Positions 18,671-28,144 are shown, numbered from the stretch's first letter. The stretch is DNA of 64,000 nt from an uncultured Gammaproteobacteria bacterium (GCA_964428655.1 CAYRYE010000001.1:312406-376405), one strand, 5' to 3'. Notes: a model not told the origin generated them from the sequence alone. Numbers and translations are program-made.

Positions 18671-19556
18671 AAAAAGAGCTAAAATCAGTCTTAGTCGGAA
18701 CACTTGGCACCATATTAGGCGGTCGCCATTTCAAAGTTTAGCGGCAATCTTAATAATGTGGCTGAATTTCTTGATGGCCAGTCTTTTGGTAGTTCTGGTT
18801 TTGGGATTTGGGGTCTTGTTGAGCCATTTTGAAAGCAGACCTGAAGTAACTGCCTTTTTAAAAGACGATAGTACTAAAGCTCAGATTCAGCAGCTACAGC
18901 AAAAGGCGGCTGCTATGGAAGGAGTAAAAGAAGTAAGATTTGTTTCCAAAGATGAGGCTTTAAAAATCTATCGGGAGCAGAATAAGGATAACCCTTTGCT
19001 CTTGGAAATGGTTAGTGCCAGTATTTTGCCGGCCTCTTTGGAAATTGCCGCAACCGAACCCGGCTTTTTGGTAAAAATAGCTGATTTTTTAAAAGGAGAG
19101 AAAAAAGTTGTTGAGGAGGTTATTTTTCAGCAGGATGTGGTTGAGAGATTATCTTTCTGGGTGAAAACAATTAGAAACGGAGGCATTATCGCAGTGGGCT
19201 TTTTGTCTTTTGTTTCTCTAGTGGTGATAATGGTTATTATTGGCATGAAAATAGCCGCTCATCAGGACGAGATTAGTGTTCTTCGTTCTTTGGGGGCGGC
19301 CAATTTCTATATTCAGGGGCCATTTTTATTGGAAGGAATTTTTTATGGCATAACAGGGGCTTTGCTGGGTTTGTCTTTAGTTTTTGGTGTTCTTTTTTAC
19401 TTTCGTGAGCGGATAGAAGGCTTTTTTGATCCCATTTCAGTTCTTCCTCAAGATGTTAACCTGTTGGCAATGATCTTTGCCGGCGAGTTGCTGGCTGGGG
19501 CTATTTTAGGGCTGATAGCGTCTTGGCTGGCTACCCGGCGCTACCTTAAGAAATGA
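18663..19556 (+). CDS. ftsX: Cell division permease FtsX
   Basis: 4 TM, FVSKDEAL, LGAANFYIQGPFLLEG. Confidence 0.9.
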   Translation: MSKKRAKISLSRNTWHHIRRSPFQSLAAILIMWLNFLMASLLVVLVLGFGVLLSHFESRPEVTAFLKDDSTKAQIQQLQQKAAAMEGVKEVRFVSKDEALKIYREQNKDNPLLLEMVSASILPASLEIAATEPGFLVKIADFLKGEKKVVEEVIFQQDVVERLSFWVKTIRNGGIIAVGFLSFVSLVVIMVIIGMKIAAHQDEISVLRSLGAANFYIQGPFLLEGIFYGITGALLGLSLVFGVLFYFRERIEGFFDPISVLPQDVNLLAMIFAGELLAGAILGLIASWLATRRYLKK

Positions 19557-20767
19557 ATTTTAAAATCTCCTTAAAAACAAAAATCAAAACTTTGTTTGTT
19601 TTACTGCTGTTTAGTTTTAGTTTCTTTCCTCTAAAGGTAATTAAGGCCGATGAGCAATCTGATATGGATAAGTTAAATGATGAAATAGGGAGGTTATCAG
19701 AACAGTTAAAAGAAGCCCAAAATAAAATTGGCTCTTTGAAGGGCGAGCTTCAATATATGGACTCGCAGATTCAGTTGACGGTTTTGAGAATGAGTCAAAC
19801 AGCCAGCCAGATTGATATTTTAGAATTGCAAATAGAAGATCTTAGTAAAAAAATAAACATTCTTAATGTTTCGCTTGATCAAGTTTCTGCCTTGTTTATT
19901 AATCGAGTGGTAGAAACTTACAAAGCAGGCAAGTTTTCTTCGCTTGATTTATTGTTTTCCTCAAATGGTTTTGCTGATTTCTTTCGCAGGGCCAGATATT
20001 TGGAAGCGGCTCAAACAAATGATCGCCAAGTGCTTTTAACAATGGAGGAAATAAGGTTTGACTATGATAGTCAAAAAAAGGAAAAGGAAGAGAAGCAAGA
20101 AGAGTTGGAAAGACTTAAAAATCAGTTAGCTGGGCAAAAGTTAAAATTGGATGAGCAAAAAAAGACAAAGGAGCATCTTTTAATAATTACCCGGAATGAT
20201 GAGAAAAAGTATCAGCAGTTATTGGCTCAAGCTAGAGCTGAATATCAAGCTTTACAGGCAATTTTGGCTGGCAAAGGAGACGAGACCGAGGTAGGCGGAG
20301 TGACGGCTGGTGAGAGAATAGCCAATGTTATTGAAGGCGGTTCATGTAATTCCAGCGGCACTCATTTGCATTTCACCATTGCTGATGGTGGAAATCCCCT
20401 TAATCCATTTAATTATTTAAAAAGCGTGGGGCATGAAAACTGTTCTGGTCCGGGGGAGTGTAGTTCTGCTGATGCTTTTAATCCTAGTGGAAGTTGGGAT
20501 TGGCCGCTTAATCCGACAATAAGATTAACTCAGGGTTACGGCAGTACCTGGGCAGTGGCTAATACCTGGGTTGGAAGAATTTATAGTTTCCATAATGGGA
20601 TAGATATTACTGGTTCTTCAAGTGAAGTTAAAGCTATCCAAGATGGGATTCTTTATCGAGGCAGTTACACCGGAGGCGGCGGTTGCAGACTGCCTTATGT
20701 CCGAATCGAGCACAAAGACTCCAATATCTCCACCTACTACCTTCACATTAATTACGAAAAGGTCTAG
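19553..20767 (+). CDS. Signal peptide + coiled coil + M23 peptidase-like domain (FtsEX partner, EnvC/PcsB-like)
   Basis: Long coiled coil; HLHF, HNGID and YYLH motifs. Confidence 0.8.
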   Translation: MNFKISLKTKIKTLFVLLLFSFSFFPLKVIKADEQSDMDKLNDEIGRLSEQLKEAQNKIGSLKGELQYMDSQIQLTVLRMSQTASQIDILELQIEDLSKKINILNVSLDQVSALFINRVVETYKAGKFSSLDLLFSSNGFADFFRRARYLEAAQTNDRQVLLTMEEIRFDYDSQKKEKEEKQEELERLKNQLAGQKLKLDEQKKTKEHLLIITRNDEKKYQQLLAQARAEYQALQAILAGKGDETEVGGVTAGERIANVIEGGSCNSSGTHLHFTIADGGNPLNPFNYLKSVGHENCSGPGECSSADAFNPSGSWDWPLNPTIRLTQGYGSTWAVANTWVGRIYSFHNGIDITGSSSEVKAIQDGILYRGSYTGGGGCRLPYVRIEHKDSNISTYYLHINYEKV

Positions 20768-20797
20768 TGGGAGGTTTTTACTCTGCTCGTGTTTAAA

Positions 20798-21337
20798 TTA
20801 TCTCTTAAGATCTTCTGGTTTTAAACTAGTGTACTTTTTTAACAGTTCACCGTAAACCGGCTCATCTTTCAGTGAATCTCTTGATAGATCTACAAAACAT
20901 TTCATCTTTTCTAATAAACTGAAGTATTTAGACTCATCCTTTACTAAAGGGTAATAATCGCTATTGTCGAGGATATCCGCAGCTTTAATTATCAAAGCGT
21001 CTTTTCCGGCTTTCAAACAGCGGTCGAATGTTTCTTTGTATTTTTGCTGTCCCTCATCTTTTATAGACTCATCGAAGCTATTAGCTTTAACAAGATCAGC
21101 AACGTTGGTGCTGAACAAACTTTCAATTTCTTCAAGCCTTGTCTCGGAATCTTCCAACAGATCGTGCAATAAGGCCGCGATAACAATTTCCGTTGAGTAT
21201 TTTTGGGATTCTAGATAGAAAGCGACTCTAATACTATGCAGGATGACAGGCTTGGTATTGTTGCCGGATTTCTCTATTGCCTTCACTAAATATTTAATCG
21301 CTTTCTCGATTTTGAGACTATCGTCATAACTTCTCAT
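20798..21337 (-). CDS. HD_4 domain protein (small alarmone hydrolase/Mesh1-like)
   Basis: PVILHSIRV, AALLHDLLEDS, IIKAADILDN. Confidence 0.75.
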   Translation of the reverse strand: MRSYDDSLKIEKAIKYLVKAIEKSGNNTKPVILHSIRVAFYLESQKYSTEIVIAALLHDLLEDSETRLEEIESLFSTNVADLVKANSFDESIKDEGQQKYKETFDRCLKAGKDALIIKAADILDNSDYYPLVKDESKYFSLLEKMKCFVDLSRDSLKDEPVYGELLKKYTSLKPEDLKR

Positions 21338-21442
21338 ACAAGGATGATAGCATGGCTTCGTTGAGTATCATTTTTTTGATACAATGACCCAGAATGAAAA
21401 ATGTTGTTAAGAGAGTAGCCGTGTTTGCCGATTTTTTAACCG

Positions 21443-21491
21443 GTGCCAGCAGGACCAAGGTAACAACTAGCCAAAAGAAAAAGTCCAACCA
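21443..21491. repeat. 49-bp direct repeat, copy 1 (copy 2 at 23356-23404)
   Basis: gtgccagcaggaYcaaggYaacaactagccaaaagaRaaagtccaacca; 46/49 identical. Confidence 0.85.
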
Positions 21492-21508
21492 ACCCCTAAA
21501 AGACTTGT

Positions 21509-22955
21509 TCAATAGGCCTTAGCAAATATGACTTTTGTTTTAGTAGGTTTTCCAGAAAAAACACATTTACCAGATTTCCCTTGATCAAAAGGAATACACC
21601 TTACCGTAGCTTTAATTTCATTTTTTATCTTTTCTTCTGCTTCAACGTCTTCCTTAAAATAAGCCAAAACAAAATTATTGTTATTTATTTCCTTTTTAAA
21701 TTCTTCCCCATGTCTTTACTTCTTTTGTTTTCTTTTTTCTGAAAGCTAATGCTTTTTCATAAAGACTTTCTTGAATATTCTCAAGTTCTTTCCCTATTTC
21801 TTTTTTAAGAACCTTAAGTTCAACAGATCTTTTCTCCCCATTATCACGACGAGCAATTGAAACAGTTCCTCCTTTTACTTCTCTTGGTCCAAGTTCTATT
21901 CTTAAAGGAACACCTTTTCTTTCCCATTTATAAAACTTTTCTCCTGGATGTTTATCAGATAAATCAATCTGTACCCTAAAATCATTTTCTAACTCTGACA
22001 AGAGTTCTTTTGCTTTCTTTATTACTAAATCCTTATCTTTTTCGCTTGGACAAATTGGGACAATCACAACTTGAACAGGTGCTACTTTAGGAGGTAAAAC
22101 TAAACCTACATCATCACTATGAACCATTATAATCGCACCAATAACTCTTGTACTCATACCCCAGCTGGTTTGATGACAATAAGTAGTTTTCCTATCTTCA
22201 TTCGTAAATTGAATACCAAAAGGTTTGGCAAAATTCTGACCTAAATCATGAGATGTTGCCAACTGCAAAGCTTTCCCATCTTGCATCATTGCCTCTAAAC
22301 AATATGTATCTTTTGCTCCAGCAAATCTTTCTGAATCTGTTTTAAGACCATCGATTATTGGTATAGCTAAAACTTCTTTTGCAAAGTCCTTGTAAACTTT
22401 TAACATTAAAAGCGTTCTTTCTTTTGACTCTTTAGCCGTAGCATGAACAGTATGTCCTTCTTGCCATAGGAACTCTGTTGTTCTTAAAAACAATCTTGGT
22501 CTTTTTTCCCACCTTACAACATTCGCCCACTGATTAAGTAAAATAGGTAAGTCGTTATAAGATTGAACCCATTTTGAAACAGTGTCATAAATAATTGTTT
22601 CAGAAGTAGGTCTAATAATAAGAGCTTCTTTAAGTTTCTTGCCTCCAGCATAAGTAACAGCTGCAATTTCGGGAGAAAAACCTTCAACATGTTCCTCTTC
22701 TTTCTTAAGAAATCTTTCAGGAATTAATAAAGGAAAGTAAGCATTGACGACACCTGTTTTCTTTATTCTTTTATCGAAACTCCTTTGTATTAACTCCCAC
22801 ATAGCATAACCATGAGGCTTAATAACCATCGATCCTTTACTTGCGCCATGTTCAGCTAATTCAGCTGTTCTAATAATATCTAAATACCATTGAGAAAAAT
22901 CTTGATCTCTACTTACAACTCCTTCTTCCTTTTTATCTTTATTTTTCATTTTCAT
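21509..22955 (-). CDS. proS: Prolyl-tRNA synthetase, archaeal/eukaryote-like type, with a single-base frameshift near the 3' end
   Basis: IRPTSET, RWE..LFLRTTEFLWQEGHT, TSWGMSTR; removing one G at 21706-21709 restores WEEFKKEI...VRCIPF...GKCVFSGK...FAKAY*. Confidence 0.85.
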
Positions 22956-23149
22956 AATTTAAAACTTGTTCGAGGATCAATATATTCAACTTTATTGTCT
23001 TCCTGTCGAACTATAGCTATTTTACTATATCCTACTACTTCAACAACCCCATTCTCTAAAAAGATCCCACTATTCTCAGGCATAGAAAAAGCTGTTCCAT
23101 GAAAGTTCGTTAAGATATTTTTGTAACCATTAGTCTTTTCATAGCTCAT
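22952..23149 (-). CDS. Small hypothetical; possibly the C-terminal remnant of a class-I GATase/peptidase S51-like gene
   Basis: AFSMPENSGIFLENGVVEVVG resembles S51 C-termini; ATGA overlap with proS. Confidence 0.3.
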   Translation of the reverse strand: MSYEKTNGYKNILTNFHGTAFSMPENSGIFLENGVVEVVGYSKIAIVRQEDNKVEYIDPRTSFKL

Positions 23150-23572
23150 TTATTCCCGAGTTTTTCTATAAAGGAAAATTATAATTCCTAAAAAAAGGGG
23201 GCTAAAAATAAGTAAAGCATACTCTCCGTATGGATTCGGTTCGCCTTTAGTTATATCATGTAATGCTGCCCAGTTTAAGGCAAGAGTCACCAGTGCAGTT
23301 GCAACAAGAACTGTCTTTTTCATTGAAAAATTGAACTTGCTAAATCTTTTAAAAAGTGCCAGCAGGATCAAGGCAACAACTAGCCAAAAGAGAAAGTCCA
23401 ACCATAGCCCTTTGTATTGAATAATCTCAACATAGGAGGGGTCTCTCCATTCGTATCGCAGCCAAGCAAGAGGCCAGCCAACTTGGTTTATAAAATAGGT
23501 GCCAATAGTAATTGCCCCTGCTAAGAAAACGGAAAGAAAGGCTAAAAATGGAGGAACGACTTTTCTCATCAA
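23150..23572 (-). CDS. Hypothetical membrane protein
   Basis: 4 hydrophobic segments; contains direct-repeat copy 2. Confidence 0.55.
   Translation of the reverse strand: MMRKVVPPFLAFLSVFLAGAITIGTYFINQVGWPLAWLRYEWRDPSYVEIIQYKGLWLDFLFWLVVALILLALFKRFSKFNFSMKKTVLVATALVTLALNWAALHDITKGEPNPYGEYALLIFSPLFLGIIIFLYRKTRE
23356..23404. repeat. 49-bp direct repeat, copy 2
   Basis: Matches 21443-21491 at 46/49 positions. Confidence 0.85.
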
Positions 23573-23597
23573 GATAAGTATACCTTTTTTGGTTTTA

Positions 23598-23699
23598 CTC
23601 CCCCTATTGGACGTATTCAGAACCCGTAAGGTTGAGTTTGAAGTTACTTTACCTGAGCTTAAAAATAACCTTAGACTACTTAGTTTCCAATTTGTTTAG
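23598..23699 (+). mobile_element. Orphan LPLLDxFR tail, probable integration scar (copy 1)
   Basis: Translates LPLLDVFRTRKVEFEVTL...*; similar to 25517-25642 and 56048-56179. Confidence 0.45.
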
Positions 23700-24042
23700 C
23701 CTCTTTGCTAGCATTTTTCTCTTCAAGAAGCTCTATTTTTAGTTCAATTTCTTTAATCTTGTCATTTCTTATTTCAATCTCTTCATTCATAAACCTACGT
23801 TCCTCCTTGAGAATTACCTTGTGCTCTTTGTATGCCTCAGTCCTGTAAACAAAAGCATCTATTACAAAGCCCACAAAACTAACAAGAAAAACAATGATTA
23901 CTGCAGTCATTAATATAAGAAGAAACTTGTTTTGCTTTGATAGACGGTCAACCTGTCTTTGCACCTTAACCATCACGTCTTTTTTGTCTAGTGGTAGCGG
24001 TATCATTTTGTCCTCTAATTTTTTTTTAAGTACCATTTTCAT
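23680..24042 (-). CDS. Hypothetical TM + coiled-coil protein
   Basis: 120-aa ORF with one TM. Confidence 0.5.
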   Translation of the reverse strand: MKMVLKKKLEDKMIPLPLDKKDVMVKVQRQVDRLSKQNKFLLILMTAVIIVFLVSFVGFVIDAFVYRTEAYKEHKVILKEERRFMNEEIEIRNDKIKEIELKIELLEEKNASKEAKQIGN

Positions 24043-24256
24043 AAAATCCTCTTATTACTAATATTGAACCTTTTTTTTCAACAGCCAAATCAAAGGATTG
24101 ATATTTATGAAAGTCTACGCCACCAAAAGAAACACCTTTGGCAAAGGTTACACCTGTTCCAAACGTAACACCGTTAACTTTGATTACATGCTTTGGGGTT
24201 AAGGAGTCGTCTGAATTTAGGCTAAAAATATCGAGAAATTTTTTTCTTTGTATCAT
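24026..24256 (-). CDS. Small hypothetical protein
   Basis: 76 aa, Gly/Phe beta-rich (TFGTGVTFAKGVSFGG). Confidence 0.5.
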   Translation of the reverse strand: MIQRKKFLDIFSLNSDDSLTPKHVIKVNGVTFGTGVTFAKGVSFGGVDFHKYQSFDLAVEKKGSILVIRGFYENGT

Positions 24257-24453
24257 TACTTTACTGACTTTGCATTAATTATTACCTGTAGTTTATATAA
24301 TAATATCACAGAAGCTGATAAAATAAGACAAATAAAGTTGAAGATGTAATGAAATGAACTACGAAGAAAAACTTGATATTATGATGTCATGTTTAAAAAA
24401 TGCTTCATTTTTAAATCTACTCTAAGAGGTAAAAAACTCAGAAGCCTCTACTT

Positions 24454-24840
24454 TCATTCAATTACAGGAAGATAGACACAACGACAACCATATTTATGCA
24501 CACACCTTTCAATTGGGAGGGGGTTTTTCTTAAGAGCGTGGTCTATTAAAAATATTTTTCCATCTAATTTTAAACACCTCCCACAAGAACTACTATCCGT
24601 TAAAACCTCTACCTTTTTGGCCCCCTGAGTTTTCATTCTCTTAAGTTGCTCTTTTTGCTTTCTAAGTTTCATCTTGTAACCCAACTCCCTCATTTGATTT
24701 GGATCTTTACCTTCCTTAGTCAGAAAATCAGCCATCTCATAATAAACTGTTCCCATTCCATAAAAATCGCTGACCTTCATCAAGTCGTTGAGTTTTTTGT
24801 TAAAACGACGCCATTTTTCGTCGGGGGCAAGTTTAGGCAT
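24454..24840 (-). CDS. Hypothetical protein with a C-terminal CxxC...P...GCRC motif (MuF/minor-capsid-like Zn module)
   Basis: SCGRCLKLDGKIF...PLP...GCRCVYLP. Confidence 0.5.
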   Translation of the reverse strand: MPKLAPDEKWRRFNKKLNDLMKVSDFYGMGTVYYEMADFLTKEGKDPNQMRELGYKMKLRKQKEQLKRMKTQGAKKVEVLTDSSSCGRCLKLDGKIFLIDHALKKNPLPIERCVHKYGCRCVYLPVIE

Positions 24841-24848
24841 TTTGAAAT

Positions 24849-25403
24849 TTAATATTCTTCATATTTTTCTATTATCCTTTGCTTAGCTTTTTTTAACTCC
24901 TGTGGAGATAAGAAACTCTGATATTGCCAAATTTTCCCATCTTTTGAAAAAGCTTGCAGGTAGCACTCGCAATAAATCTTTGGGTTTATTACAACCCTAT
25001 CCTTATTTTGCCTCCACCCTTTGCTTATTTTGTAGTCGTATTCGATTTTGTGTCCTCTGGAACTTATCCACTGATGAGCCAAAATATTCCTCCAATCATG
25101 TAAAACATGAGCTATTTTCGAAAATTTTCTGTCTTTCGATTGTCCGTCTACAAACTTTTCAAGAAAAGTTCGATAGCCTTCCTTCCCACTTTTGCCAAAG
25201 AGTGCTTCGGATATAGTTAGAGCAGCTGCATGGATACCAAGAAAAAGCAAAGAAGTCTGATGATGCTTTATAGTTAAAGAAATCTCGTTATTTAAAAAAT
25301 TATTAATTGAGTTAAGAAGTGTTTCTATTGCCTCAATTGGTGGTCCGCTCCTTAATCTTCTCAGCCGCCTAGCTTTAGGTTCCATATGTGCTCTATTCCA
25401 CAT
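24849..25403 (-). CDS. Putative HEPN-domain protein
   Basis: Helical N-part and an RxxxxH motif WRNILAH; TAGAAT 6 nt before the ATG. Confidence 0.5.
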   Translation of the reverse strand: MWNRAHMEPKARRLRRLRSGPPIEAIETLLNSINNFLNNEISLTIKHHQTSLLFLGIHAAALTISEALFGKSGKEGYRTFLEKFVDGQSKDRKFSKIAHVLHDWRNILAHQWISSRGHKIEYDYKISKGWRQNKDRVVINPKIYCECYLQAFSKDGKIWQYQSFLSPQELKKAKQRIIEKYEEY

Positions 25404-25516
25404 GTCTCAATTCTACCAGAACCTCTCTTTTCACAAAAATTACCAATTTTGCAGGCTCACGGAGGAGAAAATCTCAAATAATCCAAAAAACTTATTAAAC
25501 TGGGCTTTTCTTTTAT

Positions 25517-25642
25517 TGGCTCCCTTTGGTTGACTTATTCCGCAACCAAAAAATTGAGCTTGATGTCAACCTAGGAGATATAAAAATACTGTTTGAAAGT
25601 TTAGGATTGTCCCAAAACAAACCTGTGTTTTTTGCTCTTTAG
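25517..25642 (+). mobile_element. Orphan LPLxDxFR tail, probable integration scar (copy 2)
   Basis: Translates WLPLVDLFRNQKIELDVNL...VFFAL*; in-frame stop at 25496-25498 just upstream. Confidence 0.45.
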
Positions 25643-25676
25643 TAAGCCTCTAGCTTTGCCTTTGATAATTTCATGG

Positions 25677-26402
25677 TTACTCCACGGGGTAATCTGTTTC
25701 TATATCTCCTTTGTCCATCATTTCCAATTTACACTCCTTGTTTTCTTCTCCAGTTGTGGGATCCCAACACTTGTAGGCAATAGATATTTCGTCGATAAAG
25801 CCACTGCGATTTTCAGAATTTAGGGCAATCTCGAAAATTACTTCTTCTGAGACATTCAGCAGGGAAGACCAATCCGCGCTTAATAAGCTTCCTCTCCATC
25901 TATCGGCCCGAGTCTTCCAGTATTGAATCTCATTAAGGGGGAAGATATATTCTGAAAATTCCCTTCCGTCACCCGTTCCTATTTGATTCTCTGATTTTAT
26001 ATGCCCTCCAAAGTTATTGGGGTTAATATATACATTCTCCCATTTTTCCAAAGCTCCGTGGTCAGTGCCTACTCTAACCAATAAATAACCACAAGCTACT
26101 TTAGATTTTTTTGTTTCATTTTTGGTAACAACTTTTTGTAAATTAATAAACCTTCCCCCACTAGCAAACATAGATTTTCTACCATCTATAAGTTTTACTA
26201 TTTTGCCATCACTTTCTGTAAGGGAATTGTAGGACTGTGAATCTGCAGGACATTTAACACTTTCATATGCTGGGGTTGGGACAGAAGGCACTTCCTTAGG
26301 CCCATAGAGATTACGCACTGCATTCTGTATGAATGCGCCCGCTGTGATAATGCCTAATGTTATAACGGCGACTAAGCCACCTTTAATAATATTTTTATTC
26401 AT
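25677..26402 (-). CDS. Hypothetical exported protein
   Basis: N-terminal TM/signal peptide, 4 Cys. Confidence 0.55.
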   Translation of the reverse strand: MNKNIIKGGLVAVITLGIITAGAFIQNAVRNLYGPKEVPSVPTPAYESVKCPADSQSYNSLTESDGKIVKLIDGRKSMFASGGRFINLQKVVTKNETKKSKVACGYLLVRVGTDHGALEKWENVYINPNNFGGHIKSENQIGTGDGREFSEYIFPLNEIQYWKTRADRWRGSLLSADWSSLLNVSEEVIFEIALNSENRSGFIDEISIAYKCWDPTTGEENKECKLEMMDKGDIETDYPVE

Positions 26403-26679
26403 ATGTTTTCTCTTTCTTAACAAGGAACCCCTGTAATATCCAAAGTATTCCGATTGCAAACGCTAGTGCAAAAACTAGCATAAAAGCATCATGAAACATA
26501 TTTGGAAATTCTCTCCATTTTGGCCAAATATACATTATTGCAGTAATCCCACTTATTAAAAGAAAAGGGTAGTCTATTTCCCCTTTTGTGATTATCAGTG
26601 CAATGAATCCTGAAGATGCCAAAAAAACCAAGGGGCTAAAAACCCACCTGTCAGGCGATTTTTGCATTTTACTTGACAC
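26395..26679 (-). CDS. Small membrane protein
   Basis: 3 hydrophobic segments; overlaps the downstream gene. Confidence 0.5.
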   Translation of the reverse strand: MSSKMQKSPDRWVFSPLVFLASSGFIALIITKGEIDYPFLLISGITAIMYIWPKWREFPNMFHDAFMLVFALAFAIGILWILQGFLVKKEKTYE

Positions 26680-26902
26680 TTGACTTAGATACTAACTCAA
26701 AACATATTAAAATACAATTAAATTAAAACTAAGGGTTAGCTTGTTACCAGACTGTTTGTAGATTGGCATATCAAGACTATTTTACCAAGAATTGATAAAG
26801 CATGACAAATAAAATAAATATCTAGCTTTACTCCGGGACTCTCCGGCGAGTGGCCGGTATGGCCTATTGCCTGCAAAGATAAAAACTTGATATTATGATG
26901 TC

Positions 26903-28144
26903 ATGCTTAAAAAATGCTTTTTAATTTTTTTCTTCTTATTTTCACTCCCCTCACTATTTTTTCCAAAAATTTGCTCTGCTTTTTCCATTAAAAATTTGAG
27001 TGTTTCAGAAATTAATTCACCAGAAAATATTATTGAGGCAACTTTGGACCTAAGTGATTTACCAAGCAGCGCTTCTTATTTCCGAATCGCCTTTACTAAA
27101 AGTGATACTAACCCAAGTTATTTTGGAAAGATGAAAAACGATAAGGATGATTGGGTAGAAATAGGCCCACTCGGTGATTGTGACAATTATTATCGAATGG
27201 ATGAGTTAAACCAAGATGAACTGGTTCTTAGGATTAAAATGGGCAAAGAGGTAGAGTCAGGCACATATTTCCTAAGAGCACACCGCTTAACAGAGACTGG
27301 TTGTAGTCCAACTCCTACGAATTTTATTTCGATTGTGTATACTCCCTTACCAACTGCGATATTGCTGCTCCCGACTCCCACGGAGCCGTCTGGTGAAACA
27401 ACCAACATTCCAACTCCTACTAACACTCCAGAGCCTTTTTCAATCACTGCCAATTTTAATAGTTCTGTTTCAGCCGGAGAAGAATTTGATGTTAGTGTTG
27501 AAATCCAAAATGACGAAAGCGAGACAGAATATTATTTGAAGGCAAGGATTGGTGAAGATACTTCTGAGTTAACCAGAGGAGAAACTTATTCATCAGAGAG
27601 TAACAGTTGGCTTACTGACGGTAGCGCTTGGACAGAATTTCCAAAATTTACAACTACTGATGGAAGTTGGTCCGGCTCAGTTAAAGCAAAAGTAAAAAAT
27701 GACTCATCAGCAGGAGATTATTATTTAGTGGTAAGAGTTCGTGAGGTAGATGGTGGAAATAAAGATAGTGTTGAATATCAATTGACAGTTAGTTCGCCCT
27801 CTTCGCCAACATCCACCCCTACTCCAAACCCAACTACAAAACCCTCATCAACTCCTAAGCCAACCGCAACCAAAAAACCCTCTCCTACTTTAAAACCATC
27901 ACCCACTTTTGAGGCAACTCCATCTGGGGACATTGTATTTTCAACTGCTTCTGCTGGTAAAATTTTAGGTGAGTTTGGAGAGGCAACTGAGTCTGGTGAG
28001 GGCGATGAGAAAAAACAAAAGACAACTAATAGAATAGTTGCTGGAATTTTGATTGTTCTTGGCGGGGGATTAATATCAGTTGTTGGTTTTGCGCCAAAAA
28101 TTAAAGAGTTTCTCGAAAATAGAAAAGTGAGGCATGGAGAATAA
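26903..28144 (+). CDS. Surface protein: signal peptide, two related beta domains, Pro/Thr linkers, C-terminal TM anchor
   Basis: PTPT/TPKP-rich tracts; GKILGE motif before the TM. Confidence 0.7.
   Translation: MLKKCFLIFFFLFSLPSLFFPKICSAFSIKNLSVSEINSPENIIEATLDLSDLPSSASYFRIAFTKSDTNPSYFGKMKNDKDDWVEIGPLGDCDNYYRMDELNQDELVLRIKMGKEVESGTYFLRAHRLTETGCSPTPTNFISIVYTPLPTAILLLPTPTEPSGETTNIPTPTNTPEPFSITANFNSSVSAGEEFDVSVEIQNDESETEYYLKARIGEDTSELTRGETYSSESNSWLTDGSAWTEFPKFTTTDGSWSGSVKAKVKNDSSAGDYYLVVRVREVDGGNKDSVEYQLTVSSPSSPTSTPTPNPTTKPSSTPKPTATKKPSPTLKPSPTFEATPSGDIVFSTASAGKILGEFGEATESGEGDEKKQKTTNRIVAGILIVLGGGLISVVGFAPKIKEFLENRKVRHGE

Noticed and set aside
21324-21512. 62-aa ORF after proS
   Set aside because: Mostly the duplicated fragment of the 23150-23572 gene; treated as a repeat remnant
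27790-27925. Low-complexity C/A-rich repeats
   Set aside because: Explained by a Pro/Thr linker in a surface protein
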